The translations under genes were made by a program, and so were the position numbers. A stretch of DNA of 64,000 bases from an uncultured Myxococcales bacterium (GTDB taxonomy: Bacteria; Myxococcota_A; UBA9042; DTJE01). Positions 9,562 to 19,526 of the stretch are shown one piece after another. Location of the stretch: the NCBI GenBank assembly GCA_903936705.1, contig CAIZWN010000073.1, forward strand, positions 26,061-90,060, read 5' to 3'. The notes below the pieces were generated by a model, which saw only the letters and a list, made by a program, of their open reading frames with translations, was not told where the DNA came from and did no database searches. Numbering within the stretch: the stretch's first letter is position 1; each line of letters opens with the position of its first letter.

Positions 9562-10845
9562 ATGCGTAGTGACGTGAAGCTGTTGCGTGGAATTTTGGTC
9601 GTGGTTGTTGCCGCGACTGCATTTGCGCATCGGGCCGGGGCCGAAGAGGGTGGGGCCGCCGCAGCTGCTGCCCTGGCCGCCAGCGCTCGTGTCTACTACG
9701 ACGAGGGAAAACTGGACCAGGCACTGGAGTTGTTTGAGAAGGCGTACAGCCTGGATCCGGACAAGTCGTTGCAGGTCAACATCGCCAGAATCTACGACAA
9801 GAAGGGCGACCTGGCACGGGCGCAGACGGAGTACGAAAAGCTCTTGAAGGCGCCCCTGGATGCCGCGGTCAAAGCAAAGGTCGAGGCATGGCTTGCGGCA
9901 GTGCTGGAGAAGTTCACCGGATTCCTGGTCCTGAGGGTCGAGCCTGCTGGAGCAAGTGTCCTGGTGGATGGGCAGGCTGTAGTTCTTTCGAAGGAGGGAG
10001 GCCTGGAACTGAAAACTGGACGTCATCAAGTGGTGGTTCGCCAGGATGGCTTCCTGGACGAGACGCGGGATGTCGATGTGGTGTCCGGGGCAAAGGTCGG
10101 TGTCGATGTGCGACTGCGCAGCAGACTGGGTAAGGTCAAACTGGACTGCGCCTGCAACGGGGCGCAGATTACCGTGGATGGCGTTTCGGTTGGCGTCGTG
10201 CCGCTGAAGCACCCGCTGCAACTGGAGCCGGGTGCCCATCTGGTGGAACTGGTGGCGTCAGGTTTCAACAAGGCATCTCGCAACCTGAAGGTCGTTTCAG
10301 GCGAGGAGATCCTGCTGTCCATGAAGATGGAAAGCGTCGTGGCGAAAGCCCCTACCCCGCCAGTTCCGGCTGCTGTTCCCGCCGTGCCTGTGGCAAAGGC
10401 TTCGCCCCCCAAGGAGACGCGGAAGCTGGGGGATGCCGTCATTGCCAAGCCGGCGACTGTCAAGAAGGCGTCCGCGTGGCCGTGGGTGACATTCGGGACC
10501 GGCGTTGTGGCGTTGGCGACGGGTGGCGTTCTGACATGGGCCTCCTCGTCCCAGCGCGCAAAGGTTACCGGTGCCGCCACGTCCTCTGATGGCCAGACCT
10601 TGCTGATGACAATGGAACAGGCCAAAAAATACCAGGACAATGCAAATCGCTACCAGACGGCCGCTGTCGCCATGTATGCCGTGGGCGGCGCTGCTGCGCT
10701 GGGCGGGCTGATCTGGGGCATTGTTGACCTGGTGCGAAGGCCTGCCGCCAGGGCCGAGTACTCGGGCCAGAAGAAGACGGTGATCGTGGGTGCTTCGCCA
10801 TGGCCATCTGGCGCCGTTGTTACCGTCAATGTCACTGGCTGGTAA
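9562..10845 (+). CDS. Secreted TPR + PEGA domain protein with a C-terminal membrane anchor
   Basis: A signal peptide is present. A TPR-like segment (YYDEGKLDQALELFEKAYSLDPD) is followed by PEGA-like beta segments and two C-terminal hydrophobic helices. A paralog lies at 13261..14151. Confidence 0.6.
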   Translation: MRSDVKLLRGILVVVVAATAFAHRAGAEEGGAAAAAALAASARVYYDEGKLDQALELFEKAYSLDPDKSLQVNIARIYDKKGDLARAQTEYEKLLKAPLDAAVKAKVEAWLAAVLEKFTGFLVLRVEPAGASVLVDGQAVVLSKEGGLELKTGRHQVVVRQDGFLDETRDVDVVSGAKVGVDVRLRSRLGKVKLDCACNGAQITVDGVSVGVVPLKHPLQLEPGAHLVELVASGFNKASRNLKVVSGEEILLSMKMESVVAKAPTPPVPAAVPAVPVAKASPPKETRKLGDAVIAKPATVKKASAWPWVTFGTGVVALATGGVLTWASSSQRAKVTGAATSSDGQTLLMTMEQAKKYQDNANRYQTAAVAMYAVGGAAALGGLIWGIVDLVRRPAARAEYSGQKKTVIVGASPWPSGAVVTVNVTGW

Positions 10846-10939
10846 GGCTGGCTGAATTGCTTGGCTGGCAGGATGGTTCGACACTCCAGTTCAACCGGCT
10901 GGAACTGGTGTAGGTTTTTCCGTCACACCTCTTCTTTAG

Positions 10940-10962
10940 TGTCGCAGTTGGCCTGACAGACC
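10940..10962 (+). promoter_or_regulatory. Copy of the GACAGAC inverted-repeat motif (TGTCGCAGTTGGCCTGACAGACC) about 74 nt upstream of the Cys-rich gene start
   Basis: It shares a TGTC-N(8-11)-GACAGAC architecture with three sites in the 47.8-60 kb cluster. Confidence 0.35.
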
Positions 10963-11035
10963 AATGCCGCAAGTCATTGAACTTATGTGGCGGCCGTGTG
11001 TATCATAGCCGCGCTAAGTGGCTGGAGTTCAATCG

Positions 11036-13096
11036 ATGATAAGGGTTGCTGGCTGCCTTGTTGCCTTGGGCCTGGCTTGTTCGGCGTTCGGTTGCAAGTC
11101 GTCAAGCGAATCCGGCGGTGATTTCGGGTCCAGTGCCATCGTGCATGCCTTTGGCAGGCTCGAGCCGACTATCAAGACCGATGCACAATCGCCTTCGTCC
11201 AGGAGTCCAGCAGAGATCTCGGGATTTTCTGGCGAGGGGCTTCCCAAGGGGCATGGGCAGACAGGCGGGGTCAATCTGTTGACGGGGTGCGTTGACGGCA
11301 AGGATCTTTTCTTGCAAACGGACATTGATGGCGATCGTGGTAACGAGCAGGTGCATGCCTTGTACTGTGCCGGCGATGAAGTAATCCACATCGCCTGGTC
11401 GGGGGATGCTGCTTCCGGGGACGGCGGTACCTGCTATCTGGCGTGGCATGGTGTCCCGGACGGGCTGTACAGGATTCTTGCAGGTCCTTGTGGCGGTGGC
11501 GGTTTGCTGGTTCTGACCCTTTGCGAGGATCGTGGCGGCAGTTCGGGCGTAGAGTGCCGGGTCTGCCAGTCGGGTGACGAGTGCCAGACGAGCTTCCCGG
11601 ATGACGTTTATGTGGCAGACATTTCCCAGGAAGACAGCAATCGGGGCGATGGCAACTTGGGCGACGGCAGCCTGGGCGACGGTTTTGCGGGCGATACCTC
11701 CGGCTTGCCGGATGCGGCGGGGGCTTGCCAGGGCGACCAGGATTGTCACGATGGCCTTGTTTGCATTGGCAAGGTTTGCACGATCGATCCCACGGTTGTT
11801 TCCGCTGGGTCCTGCCTTACCTGTACTGGAGACGAGGGCTGCGATCCAGGTTTGAAATGCCTGCCGGTAGGCGCAAGCAAGCATTGCCTTCTGGATTGCA
11901 CGACCGATGGGGATTGCCCTCGGTCGTACATTTGCTATGCCGCTTCGTCCTCCAACAAATCCTGTCTGCCGGTCAGCTACGCCTGCCCGCCTTGCGCGGC
12001 CGATGCACCCTGCGAGGCAGGCAAGGTTTGCGACATGCTGGTTTCCGGGGGAACCTGCAAGGTGGGAAATCCGGAATGCGGTTCGTGCACGTACGATTTC
12101 GATTGTGCGGCTGGCATGCGTTGCTACAAGAAGACGGGATCTGCCAAGGGCGTCTGCGTTGCCGGATGTTCGGACGCGAAGCCCTGTTCCGGCGTCGCGA
12201 AGTTCTCGTGCGAGGCAAGCGAAAAGGGCGTCAAGATGTGCAAGCCGCTGGCCGATGATTCCTGCCTGGTATGCCCGCCCGAGAAGCCATTTTTGTCGAA
12301 CGACGGCCTGTCCTGCTGGCAGTGCCTGAACAACAGCCAGTGCACCGTGGTGGGTGAGACCTGCAACGCCATGCACGTTTGTGCGGTTGGCGGCTGTTCG
12401 AAATTCACCTGCGATGACGGGAACTGCCACGACTGTTGTTCGGATTCGGATTGCCCGAACAGTACCGGCCCCTGCACCAACTACCAGTGCGTGAACCAGG
12501 TCGATCCTTGCAACGGCACATGCCTGTCTCCGTACCCGATTTGCGCCGAGATCAACGCTACATTGCAGTGCGTGCAGTGCAAGGAAACTGCCGACTGCGC
12601 CGGCCAGGGTTCAGGCTCGTGCACGTGCACCGGCGACCCGACCTATTCATGCATCGAACCCGACGGCAACGTCTGCCAGTCGGCTGTATGTGGTGCGGTT
12701 TGTCAGACCGAGGTCGATTGCCCTCCTGATGCGAACGGTGCTTCGCTGGCCTGCACGGGCGGTGCTGGCGGCATCTGCTATAACCCGACGGGCGCTTGCG
12801 ACGGGGTTTCGTCCTGCTGTGTTGCGGGTGCGTCGTGCTACGACGTGATGTCGGCTATCATGGGCGGTCTTGGTGGCATTCCTGGCGGCACGACGCCGGC
12901 GATCAATGCCTACTGTTCCTGCACGGACGCGATACCATGCCTGGGTGGCAAGCCATGCACCGCCACAGCCGGCATGTGCACATTCCCGCTTGTAGGTGAA
13001 ACGATGTGTCCTGGAGGCATTCCACCCGCTACCATGCCCGAGAAGCTGTGTATGGACATTGCCGAAATGTTGACTGGCATCCTAGGTGGCATTTGA
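11036..13096 (+). CDS. Secreted cysteine-rich repeat protein (686 aa, about 90 Cys)
   Basis: The signal peptide is MIRVAGCLVALGLACSAFGC. It is followed by many C-x2-D-x-D-C-x2-G-x-x-C-like modules. GGAG lies 8 nt before the ATG at 11036, whereas the ORF-track start at 11018 is GTG. Confidence 0.6.
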   Translation: MIRVAGCLVALGLACSAFGCKSSSESGGDFGSSAIVHAFGRLEPTIKTDAQSPSSRSPAEISGFSGEGLPKGHGQTGGVNLLTGCVDGKDLFLQTDIDGDRGNEQVHALYCAGDEVIHIAWSGDAASGDGGTCYLAWHGVPDGLYRILAGPCGGGGLLVLTLCEDRGGSSGVECRVCQSGDECQTSFPDDVYVADISQEDSNRGDGNLGDGSLGDGFAGDTSGLPDAAGACQGDQDCHDGLVCIGKVCTIDPTVVSAGSCLTCTGDEGCDPGLKCLPVGASKHCLLDCTTDGDCPRSYICYAASSSNKSCLPVSYACPPCAADAPCEAGKVCDMLVSGGTCKVGNPECGSCTYDFDCAAGMRCYKKTGSAKGVCVAGCSDAKPCSGVAKFSCEASEKGVKMCKPLADDSCLVCPPEKPFLSNDGLSCWQCLNNSQCTVVGETCNAMHVCAVGGCSKFTCDDGNCHDCCSDSDCPNSTGPCTNYQCVNQVDPCNGTCLSPYPICAEINATLQCVQCKETADCAGQGSGSCTCTGDPTYSCIEPDGNVCQSAVCGAVCQTEVDCPPDANGASLACTGGAGGICYNPTGACDGVSSCCVAGASCYDVMSAIMGGLGGIPGGTTPAINAYCSCTDAIPCLGGKPCTATAGMCTFPLVGETMCPGGIPPATMPEKLCMDIAEMLTGILGGI

Positions 13097-13260
13097 TGTT
13101 GCCGCGGGCAGAATGGCCATCCTTCCCGTCTGAATAAGCCACGGCCCGTCCTCTTCTTGTCGCGCCCGGCTCTTCATGTCTCTGCCAACCTGTCGTGCAA
13201 TGCGAAGAAAGCCATGGTAGAAGAATGCACACCTTACCCGGGGACGCGCCTGTGGTTTTC

Positions 13261-14151
13261 ATGTCGTCAAGGATGGCGGTCCTGGCTGCGGTTTTGTTCA
13301 GCCTTGCGCTGCCCGCCCGCGCCGCCGATGACCCTGCCGTCGCCGCTCGCGCCCTGGCTGCCAGCGCCAGGGTGTACTACATGGAAGGGAAGCTGGACAG
13401 GGCCCTCGAGTTGTTCCAGAAGGCGTACAGCCTGTACCCCGATCAGGCCTTCCGTGTGAACATCGCGCGCATCCTGGATAAGAAGGGCGAGACTGCTGGT
13501 GCCCAGGCCGAATACGAGGCAATACTGAACGACAAGCCCGACGAGGACACCCGGGCCAAGGCCAGCGGTTGGCTGGCGCAATTGCTGCAGCGCCTGAAGG
13601 GGCGATTGCTTTTCGATGTACTGCCGGAAGACGCCGAGATCGAGATCGATGGGGTCAAGGTCCTGGTTCCTGACGGCAAGACCATTGAAATCAAGCAGGG
13701 GCGCCATGACGTGATGGTCCGGGCCGAGGGCCATGTCGGGGAAGCCCTTGAAATTGATGTGCAGCCGGGTGGTTCCGTGACGCTGAAGGTGCGTTTGGCG
13801 GTCAAGTCCGGGTCGTCTGTCGCCTCGGGCAAGCAGCCTGCGGCGTCGGGCTCCAAGGGCGGCAAGCCTGACGCCCCGGCCAAGTCGCCTTTGTCCGCGG
13901 GTTCGTCGGCGGCGGCGGGACAGGGTTCCAGTCAGCAGGGTCAGGCGCACAATTCCTTTGCGCCTGCCGGATCATCCCGGGGCACGGAGCCTGCCCCCAG
14001 TCCGGTTGTCGGCAAAACGCCCTGGTACAAGAAATGGTGGATATGGACCATCGTAGGCGGCGTTGTGGTCGCGGGGGTTGGGACGGCCGTTGGTCTGACC
14101 GTCGGCAAGCAGGCGCCCGAGAGGCATCTGACCGGTCTGATTACATGGTAG
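13261..14151 (+). CDS. Secreted TPR + PEGA domain protein, paralog of 9562..10845
   Basis: ARVYYMEGKLDRALELFQKAYSLYPDQAFRVNIARILDKKGE aligns almost residue for residue with the upstream paralog. A signal peptide and a C-terminal TM helix are present. Confidence 0.6.
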   Translation: MSSRMAVLAAVLFSLALPARAADDPAVAARALAASARVYYMEGKLDRALELFQKAYSLYPDQAFRVNIARILDKKGETAGAQAEYEAILNDKPDEDTRAKASGWLAQLLQRLKGRLLFDVLPEDAEIEIDGVKVLVPDGKTIEIKQGRHDVMVRAEGHVGEALEIDVQPGGSVTLKVRLAVKSGSSVASGKQPAASGSKGGKPDAPAKSPLSAGSSAAAGQGSSQQGQAHNSFAPAGSSRGTEPAPSPVVGKTPWYKKWWIWTIVGGVVVAGVGTAVGLTVGKQAPERHLTGLITW

Positions 14152-14156
14152 GACAA

Positions 14157-15905
14157 ATGCGTATGCGGGCAGTTCAATCGGTGTCTGGCAAGGCGGTCGC
14201 CAGGTTCATGGCCGCAGTGGTCGCTGTGGTCGGTACTGCAGTCTTGGCGGGTTGTGGCAGCGATACGCAGCCGCAGACCCAGTCGGTCCTGCAGGTCCAT
14301 GTAGGGCTGGTCCAGGCTGTTAAGGTGCTGACCGGCGAATCGCTTGATCCGGCGGTTGGTGCGCAAACCATCAAGAACACGGTTTCGGGTCCAGGGATGG
14401 AGGATGTTTCAACGTCCTACAACTATAAGGATGGCCCTGGTGGCAGCGGGGAGTTGCCGGTTTTTCCGGAAGGCTACGAGCGGCAGGTTACCGTTGAGAT
14501 ATGCCGGGGAATCTGCGAGCCGGCTGCTATTGACGACATTATTTCGCGTGGTCGCTCGGTGCCCATTAGGCTCCAGTGGGGCGACACAAAGTCCCAGACC
14601 GTTTTCGTGGCACCCAGAAACTCCTTCGTGCTTCCCGCAAGGCTTGGCGATAACGGCGCCGTTGTTAAATCGAATGCTTCGTTCAAGGAGCGCGTCGGCG
14701 CAACTGTGACAAGGCTGGACGATGGCACGATGCTGATTATCGGTGGAGCGACTATCAAGGGTGGCGCTGCATCTTGGTACCGTCCCGAGGACATCTCATC
14801 GGTGACGGCGAACGCCGAGATCTACGACCCGCGAACCGGCGTGTTTTCCGCAACGGCCGGCCCGCTGAAGCGTGGCCGGGCATACCACGCCGCGGTATTG
14901 CTGGGCGGCCCGAACAAGGCTGACGGACGCGTGGTCGTGATGGGTGGCTACGAGTCGAAGGGCGGCGGATTTGTTCCAACCGCGTCGGTCGAGATTTTCG
15001 ATCCTGATACCGGGAAGTTCGTCGAGGAGCCTGTGGACCGCTGGCTGTCGGGCGCAGGTCGAGCCCTGCTGACTGCCGGCCTGGCCTACCCGGACGAAGA
15101 CGTGATCTTCCTGGCCGGTGGCATCTCCGATCCCTCGGACCGAGGTGCGTGGTTGTTGTACAAGGCCGGCACCGGAACCGTCGGGGCAGGCGGGTTGGCG
15201 CCGGCGGAGGTCGGTCCCGAGAACGGGCGTGGCAAGCCGCGCTGGAACCATACGATGACCTTCCTGCCTAACTACGGCAAGAGCGCTGGAGGCACTCCGA
15301 TCCCGGCATTCGTATTGATGGGAGGCGAGAACGATTCGGAGGTCCTTTCTGAAGTCGAGGCCTACCAGCTTGATCCCTGGAATGGCGGGTCTTCCTCGGT
15401 GCGTCGGGACGTTGAGGCTGTTACCACTGCGCTGCCTGTTACGGCGCGCACTCTGCATGCGGCAGTATACGTGCCGGGGCAGGACATCGTATGGGTGATT
15501 GGCGGTTTCGAGGACAGGCAACTTTCCAGGCCCATCAATCGCGTCGAGGTATTCCGCGCAGGGTCGCTGTCCTTCACGGCCGGCGAGTATCTCGAAATGG
15601 CGGAAGGGCGCGGTGGCATGTCAGCGACGCTTTCAGAGACATTGAACAATTCGATATTGATCGCCGGAGGTAGAGGTACTGGTGGTCCGCTGGTCCGTAC
15701 CGAGATGATCCTCGAGAAGAAGGTTTGTTCGGGAGCCGATGTGTGCATCCGCCAGCCGTTCCTGGCCTCGGACCGGACCCCGGAAATGGAATCCCCAAGG
15801 GTTGGACATACAGCCTCCCTGGATCCAACAGGGCGCCTGCTGATCCTTGGGGGAGTGTCTGATTTCAACACGATTCCGGCCCCGATCTTCTACAATCCTG
15901 ACTAG
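14157..15905 (+). CDS. Lipoprotein with Kelch-type beta-propeller repeats
   Basis: The lipobox is LAGC. Repeated GG...YHAAVLL / VMGG / FLAGG segments are typical of Kelch/galactose-oxidase-like blades. AGGA precedes the start. Confidence 0.55.
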   Translation: MRMRAVQSVSGKAVARFMAAVVAVVGTAVLAGCGSDTQPQTQSVLQVHVGLVQAVKVLTGESLDPAVGAQTIKNTVSGPGMEDVSTSYNYKDGPGGSGELPVFPEGYERQVTVEICRGICEPAAIDDIISRGRSVPIRLQWGDTKSQTVFVAPRNSFVLPARLGDNGAVVKSNASFKERVGATVTRLDDGTMLIIGGATIKGGAASWYRPEDISSVTANAEIYDPRTGVFSATAGPLKRGRAYHAAVLLGGPNKADGRVVVMGGYESKGGGFVPTASVEIFDPDTGKFVEEPVDRWLSGAGRALLTAGLAYPDEDVIFLAGGISDPSDRGAWLLYKAGTGTVGAGGLAPAEVGPENGRGKPRWNHTMTFLPNYGKSAGGTPIPAFVLMGGENDSEVLSEVEAYQLDPWNGGSSSVRRDVEAVTTALPVTARTLHAAVYVPGQDIVWVIGGFEDRQLSRPINRVEVFRAGSLSFTAGEYLEMAEGRGGMSATLSETLNNSILIAGGRGTGGPLVRTEMILEKKVCSGADVCIRQPFLASDRTPEMESPRVGHTASLDPTGRLLILGGVSDFNTIPAPIFYNPD

Positions 15906-15940
15906 ACCGGGGTACCAGCCGGACAACGTCTCGATATGTC

Positions 15941-17371
15941 CTATATTCCCTTGCGACCACGCAGCGCCGTCAGCACCCGTGCGTGAATCCCCTGGAAGTC
16001 GCGCCCGCTCATGCCCAGCACTACGTCACCCGGAAGGGCGACCTGGGCCGCCTCGTTTGCAAGTGCATCGATGTCGGGAATCATGCGTGCCGGCGTTCCG
16101 CGGGCACTGATGTCGGCGCACAAGCGGTCCATGTCGATGCGCTCGTCGGGAGCCAGGTTGTCCGGCTTCTCGAACGGTTTGTAGAACAGCATGACATCGG
16201 CCTGGGCGAAAGCATCTGCGTACTCGGCCTGGAACACGCGGCGGCGCGAGGTGTTTGATTCGGGCTCGAACAACGCCACCAGACGCGCCCCAGGGTATGC
16301 CTGCCTGACCGCCAAAATGGTCTCACGGACGGCAGTAGGGTGGTGGGCAAAGTCGTCGATGACGGTGACGCCGCCCTCGACCCCTTTGACCTCCTGGCGC
16401 TTTCGGATGCCCTGGAATTGGGCCAACGCCGCCGGCAGTTCTGGTGTTACAGCCCCGACCTCGTGCAGCAGGGCAAGCGCCGCGACCGTATTGCGCAAGT
16501 TGTGGTCGCCTATCAGCGGCGTCTCGAAGATGCCTGCCGTGCGTCCGTTGTTCGTCAACCGGAATCGGCAGCGGCCCGCACCACGGGTCACTTCGGTAGC
16601 CTGCCAGGTGCCGCGTTCCACCCCGAACGTTGTGCCAATCGCACCGGCTTGCGCAAGAACCGCCGGCACGTTGGGGTCCCCTTCTGGCACCAGCAAGGGT
16701 GCGTTGCCGGGGACCAGCGCAGCGAATTTCGCGAATGCGGCTATCACAGCGTCAAGGTCCTTGAAGATGTCGGCGTGGTCGAATTCGACGTTGTTGATTA
16801 TCGCCGCGCTGGGGGCGTAGTGCAGGAACTTGGGGCCTTTGTCGAAAAACGCCGTGTCGTATTCGTCGCCCTCGATCACGAAGTGTGGCCCGCTGCCCAG
16901 GCGGTAGTTTACCCCGAAGTCCAGTGGGACGCCGCCAACCAGGAAGGACGGGTCCAGCCCTTGCGCGTGCAGAAGGTGGCATATCAGCGATGTCGTCGTC
17001 GTCTTGCCATGGGTGCCGGCGACGACCAGCGAACGGCGATTGGAAAGGAAGTACTTGTTCATCGCCTGCGGAAACGACAGGTGGGGGCGGCCGGATTCAA
17101 GGACCGCGATCGCCTCGGGGTTCACCCGGCGGATTACGTTTCCAACGATTACGAGGTCCGGGTCCCACTCCAGATTCTGCGGCCCGTAGGGATGCATCAC
17201 AGGGATGCCCAGTTGGTCCAGCAGCACGCTGACGGGAGGGTATGGCGCCGCCTGGTCGGAACCGCGAACCTGGCAGCCCGCCTCGCGAAACAGCCCTGCG
17301 ACAGCGGACATTGCCGTCCCGCCGACGCCCATGACATGCACCTTGTCGATCCCGTCGATCCCCCGCACCAT
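15941..17371 (-). CDS. mpl: UDP-N-acetylmuramate:L-alanyl-gamma-D-glutamyl-meso-diaminopimelate ligase (murein peptide ligase)
   Basis: The N-terminus HVMGVGGTAMSAVAGLF...GSD...YPP...LL..GI matches Mpl. The Mur-ligase P-loop GTHGKTTTTS and the overall Mur ligase architecture are present. Confidence 0.8.
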   Translation of the reverse strand: MVRGIDGIDKVHVMGVGGTAMSAVAGLFREAGCQVRGSDQAAPYPPVSVLLDQLGIPVMHPYGPQNLEWDPDLVIVGNVIRRVNPEAIAVLESGRPHLSFPQAMNKYFLSNRRSLVVAGTHGKTTTTSLICHLLHAQGLDPSFLVGGVPLDFGVNYRLGSGPHFVIEGDEYDTAFFDKGPKFLHYAPSAAIINNVEFDHADIFKDLDAVIAAFAKFAALVPGNAPLLVPEGDPNVPAVLAQAGAIGTTFGVERGTWQATEVTRGAGRCRFRLTNNGRTAGIFETPLIGDHNLRNTVAALALLHEVGAVTPELPAALAQFQGIRKRQEVKGVEGGVTVIDDFAHHPTAVRETILAVRQAYPGARLVALFEPESNTSRRRVFQAEYADAFAQADVMLFYKPFEKPDNLAPDERIDMDRLCADISARGTPARMIPDIDALANEAAQVALPGDVVLGMSGRDFQGIHARVLTALRGRKGI

Positions 17372-17420
17372 CGCGACCCTCCGTCCCGGTTCCAGCCAAG
17401 TCTATTCGTCCGCCAGTGAC

Positions 17421-17822
17421 ATGGCCAAACGCCTGTCTGGCCGGACATCCAGAAAGTCGCCAGCTTGGCATTCCTCTCGGCCGCGCCTTATCCTCCCCTC
17501 GATGGGACGCAAGGCCACAGCCATCCGGATCGAGGAAACTGCGCATCCCGGTAGTTGCGTCGTCTGCGGGAAGGCAGGCTCCTCTCCCCATGATTTCATC
17601 TGCAGCGACTGTGGCGATCCGCTGGAGGCGACCCTTTTTTGCCGCCGCTGCCACCGCCGATTGACCCTTGATGCTGCCACCGCGCTGGCATTTCTTGCCG
17701 AGAACGGCTACGAGTTCGAAGACGTGCGCGGGATTGTCCTGAAGGTCGATTCGTGCGGCGAGTGCATGTCCGACGATCAGGTTGTTGACATGGACGTCTA
17801 CCGTCTGCGCTTTGGTCGATAA
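17421..17822 (+). CDS. Small zinc-ribbon protein (two CxxC pairs), hypothetical
   Basis: The motifs are CVVCG...CSDCG and CRRCHRRL...CGEC. The upstream part of ORF 17205.. overlaps mpl, so the start is set at MAKRL; MGRK at 17502 is an alternative. Confidence 0.35.
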   Translation: MAKRLSGRTSRKSPAWHSSRPRLILPSMGRKATAIRIEETAHPGSCVVCGKAGSSPHDFICSDCGDPLEATLFCRRCHRRLTLDAATALAFLAENGYEFEDVRGIVLKVDSCGECMSDDQVVDMDVYRLRFGR

Positions 17823-17929
17823 CGCACCCAATCGCCCCGGTTATCGTTGAAAATGCCGTTCGGTTCGGCGATGCTTCGACCCAGGCTGGGGCTGTTCCCG
17901 TCAGCGAACCATCAGGTGGAGGATCGGTA

Positions 17930-19480
17930 ATGCTTTCGCCATTCATCAACGAGACCTATCTGGATTTCTCGATACCGGCGAACCGCAAGTCCATGATGGA
18001 TGCCATCGGGTTGGTCGAGGGCACGTTCGGGAGGCACTACCCCTTGAACGTTGGCGGGAAGGAGATTTACACCGATCGGGAGATCGCGTCGCTGAATCCA
18101 TCGGACCCGTCGCAGGTGGTGGGTTTCGTTTCGTCGGCCACGCCCGAGATTGCCGATCAGGCCGTGCGCGCTGCCCATGAAGCGTTTGCGGCATGGTCGA
18201 GTTGGCAACCCGAGGCTCGCGCCAGGATCCTCCTGCGTGCTGCGGCGATCATGCGCCGCCGTCGGCTGGAACTTGATGCCGTCGAGGTGCTGGAGGCAGG
18301 AAAGCCCTGGCTGGAGGCCGATGCGGACGTGGCCGAGGCGATCGACTTTTGCGAATTCTATGCGCGCGAGGCGATTCGCTATGGCGCGCCCCAGCCGACC
18401 GTCCAGTTGCCTGGCGAAGAGGACACCGCCTGCTATATCCCGTGCGGGGTGACCGTCGTAATCCCTCCGTGGAACTTCCCGCTGGCCATAGCTTGCGGAA
18501 TGACTACCGCGGCTCTGGTGGCGGGCAATACGGTCGTCCTGAAGCCGGCATCGCCGACGCCAGTCATCGCCTGGTATCTGGCCCAGATCCTGCGCGAGGC
18601 CGGTCTGCCGGAGGGTGTCCTGCAGTTCTGTCCAGGGTCGGGCGGTGCCATGGGCGATACCCTGGTGGCCCATCCCCTGACAAGAATCATTGCGTTCACT
18701 GGCAGTATGTCGGTCGGCATCCACATCAACGAACTGGCCTCGAAGGTACAGCCGGGGCAGATCTGGCTGAAGCGCGTGATTGCCGAAATGGGCGGCAAGG
18801 ATGCCATTGTCGTTTGCGACGATGCGGATGATCTTTGCGAGGCGGCAAGGGGCGCGGTGGCCGCTGCATTCGGGTATCAGGGGCAGAAGTGCAGCGCATG
18901 CAGCCGGCTGATCGTGATGGATGAGGTTTATGACAAGGTGGTTGCTTGCGTTGTCGAGGCAACCAGGGAGATCACTGTTGGAGCGTCCAAAGACTTGGCC
19001 AGCCGGATGGGCCCGGTCATCACCGAGTCCGCGATGAAGAGCATCATGGCTTACATTGAGATCGGCAACGGCGAGGGGACCTTGCTTTGCGGGGGCTTTC
19101 GCGCCGAAGGGCCGGGGTATTTCCTGCAGCCGACGGTGTTTGGCGACGTCAAGCAGGGCGCGCGCATCGAGCAGGAAGAGATCTTCGGGCCGGTGCTGGC
19201 AATCACGCGGGCCGTGGATTTCGACGATGCCCTGCGGATTGCCAATGGCACCATCTACGGCCTGACTGGGGCTCTTTACAGCCGCAGCCGCCAGCGTTTG
19301 GAACGGGCACGTCGTGAATTTCACGTCGGCAACCTGTACCTGAATCGCAAGTGTACCGGCGCCATGGTCGGCGCCCATCCGTTCGGGGGATTCAACATGT
19401 CGGGAACCGATTCGAAAGCGGGCGGTCGCGACTACCTGGCTCTGTTTATGCAAGGAAAAAGCGTGGCCGAGCGGATGTGA
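17930..19480 (+). CDS. pruA: L-glutamate gamma-semialdehyde (1-pyrroline-5-carboxylate) dehydrogenase, ALDH family
   Basis: The N-terminus FINETYLDFS...GK.Y.DREI.S.NPSDPS.VVG matches RocA/PruA-type P5CDH. ALDH Cys and Glu regions are present. RBS GGTGGAGGA precedes the start. Confidence 0.8.
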   Translation: MLSPFINETYLDFSIPANRKSMMDAIGLVEGTFGRHYPLNVGGKEIYTDREIASLNPSDPSQVVGFVSSATPEIADQAVRAAHEAFAAWSSWQPEARARILLRAAAIMRRRRLELDAVEVLEAGKPWLEADADVAEAIDFCEFYAREAIRYGAPQPTVQLPGEEDTACYIPCGVTVVIPPWNFPLAIACGMTTAALVAGNTVVLKPASPTPVIAWYLAQILREAGLPEGVLQFCPGSGGAMGDTLVAHPLTRIIAFTGSMSVGIHINELASKVQPGQIWLKRVIAEMGGKDAIVVCDDADDLCEAARGAVAAAFGYQGQKCSACSRLIVMDEVYDKVVACVVEATREITVGASKDLASRMGPVITESAMKSIMAYIEIGNGEGTLLCGGFRAEGPGYFLQPTVFGDVKQGARIEQEEIFGPVLAITRAVDFDDALRIANGTIYGLTGALYSRSRQRLERARREFHVGNLYLNRKCTGAMVGAHPFGGFNMSGTDSKAGGRDYLALFMQGKSVAERM

Positions 19481-19526
19481 TTTCGAGGTGCCAGCGTGCA
19501 AGGTTGTGCGAAGAATGGAGGCTTAC

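Noticed and set aside
10866-10882. Sigma54-like promoter TGGCAGGATGGTTCG upstream of the Cys-rich gene, considered because an FHA-sigma54 activator is encoded in the window.
   Set aside because: The -12 element reads TTCG rather than TTGC. This is not a convincing match to TGGCAC-N5-TTGC, and no other good sigma54 promoter was found by eye.
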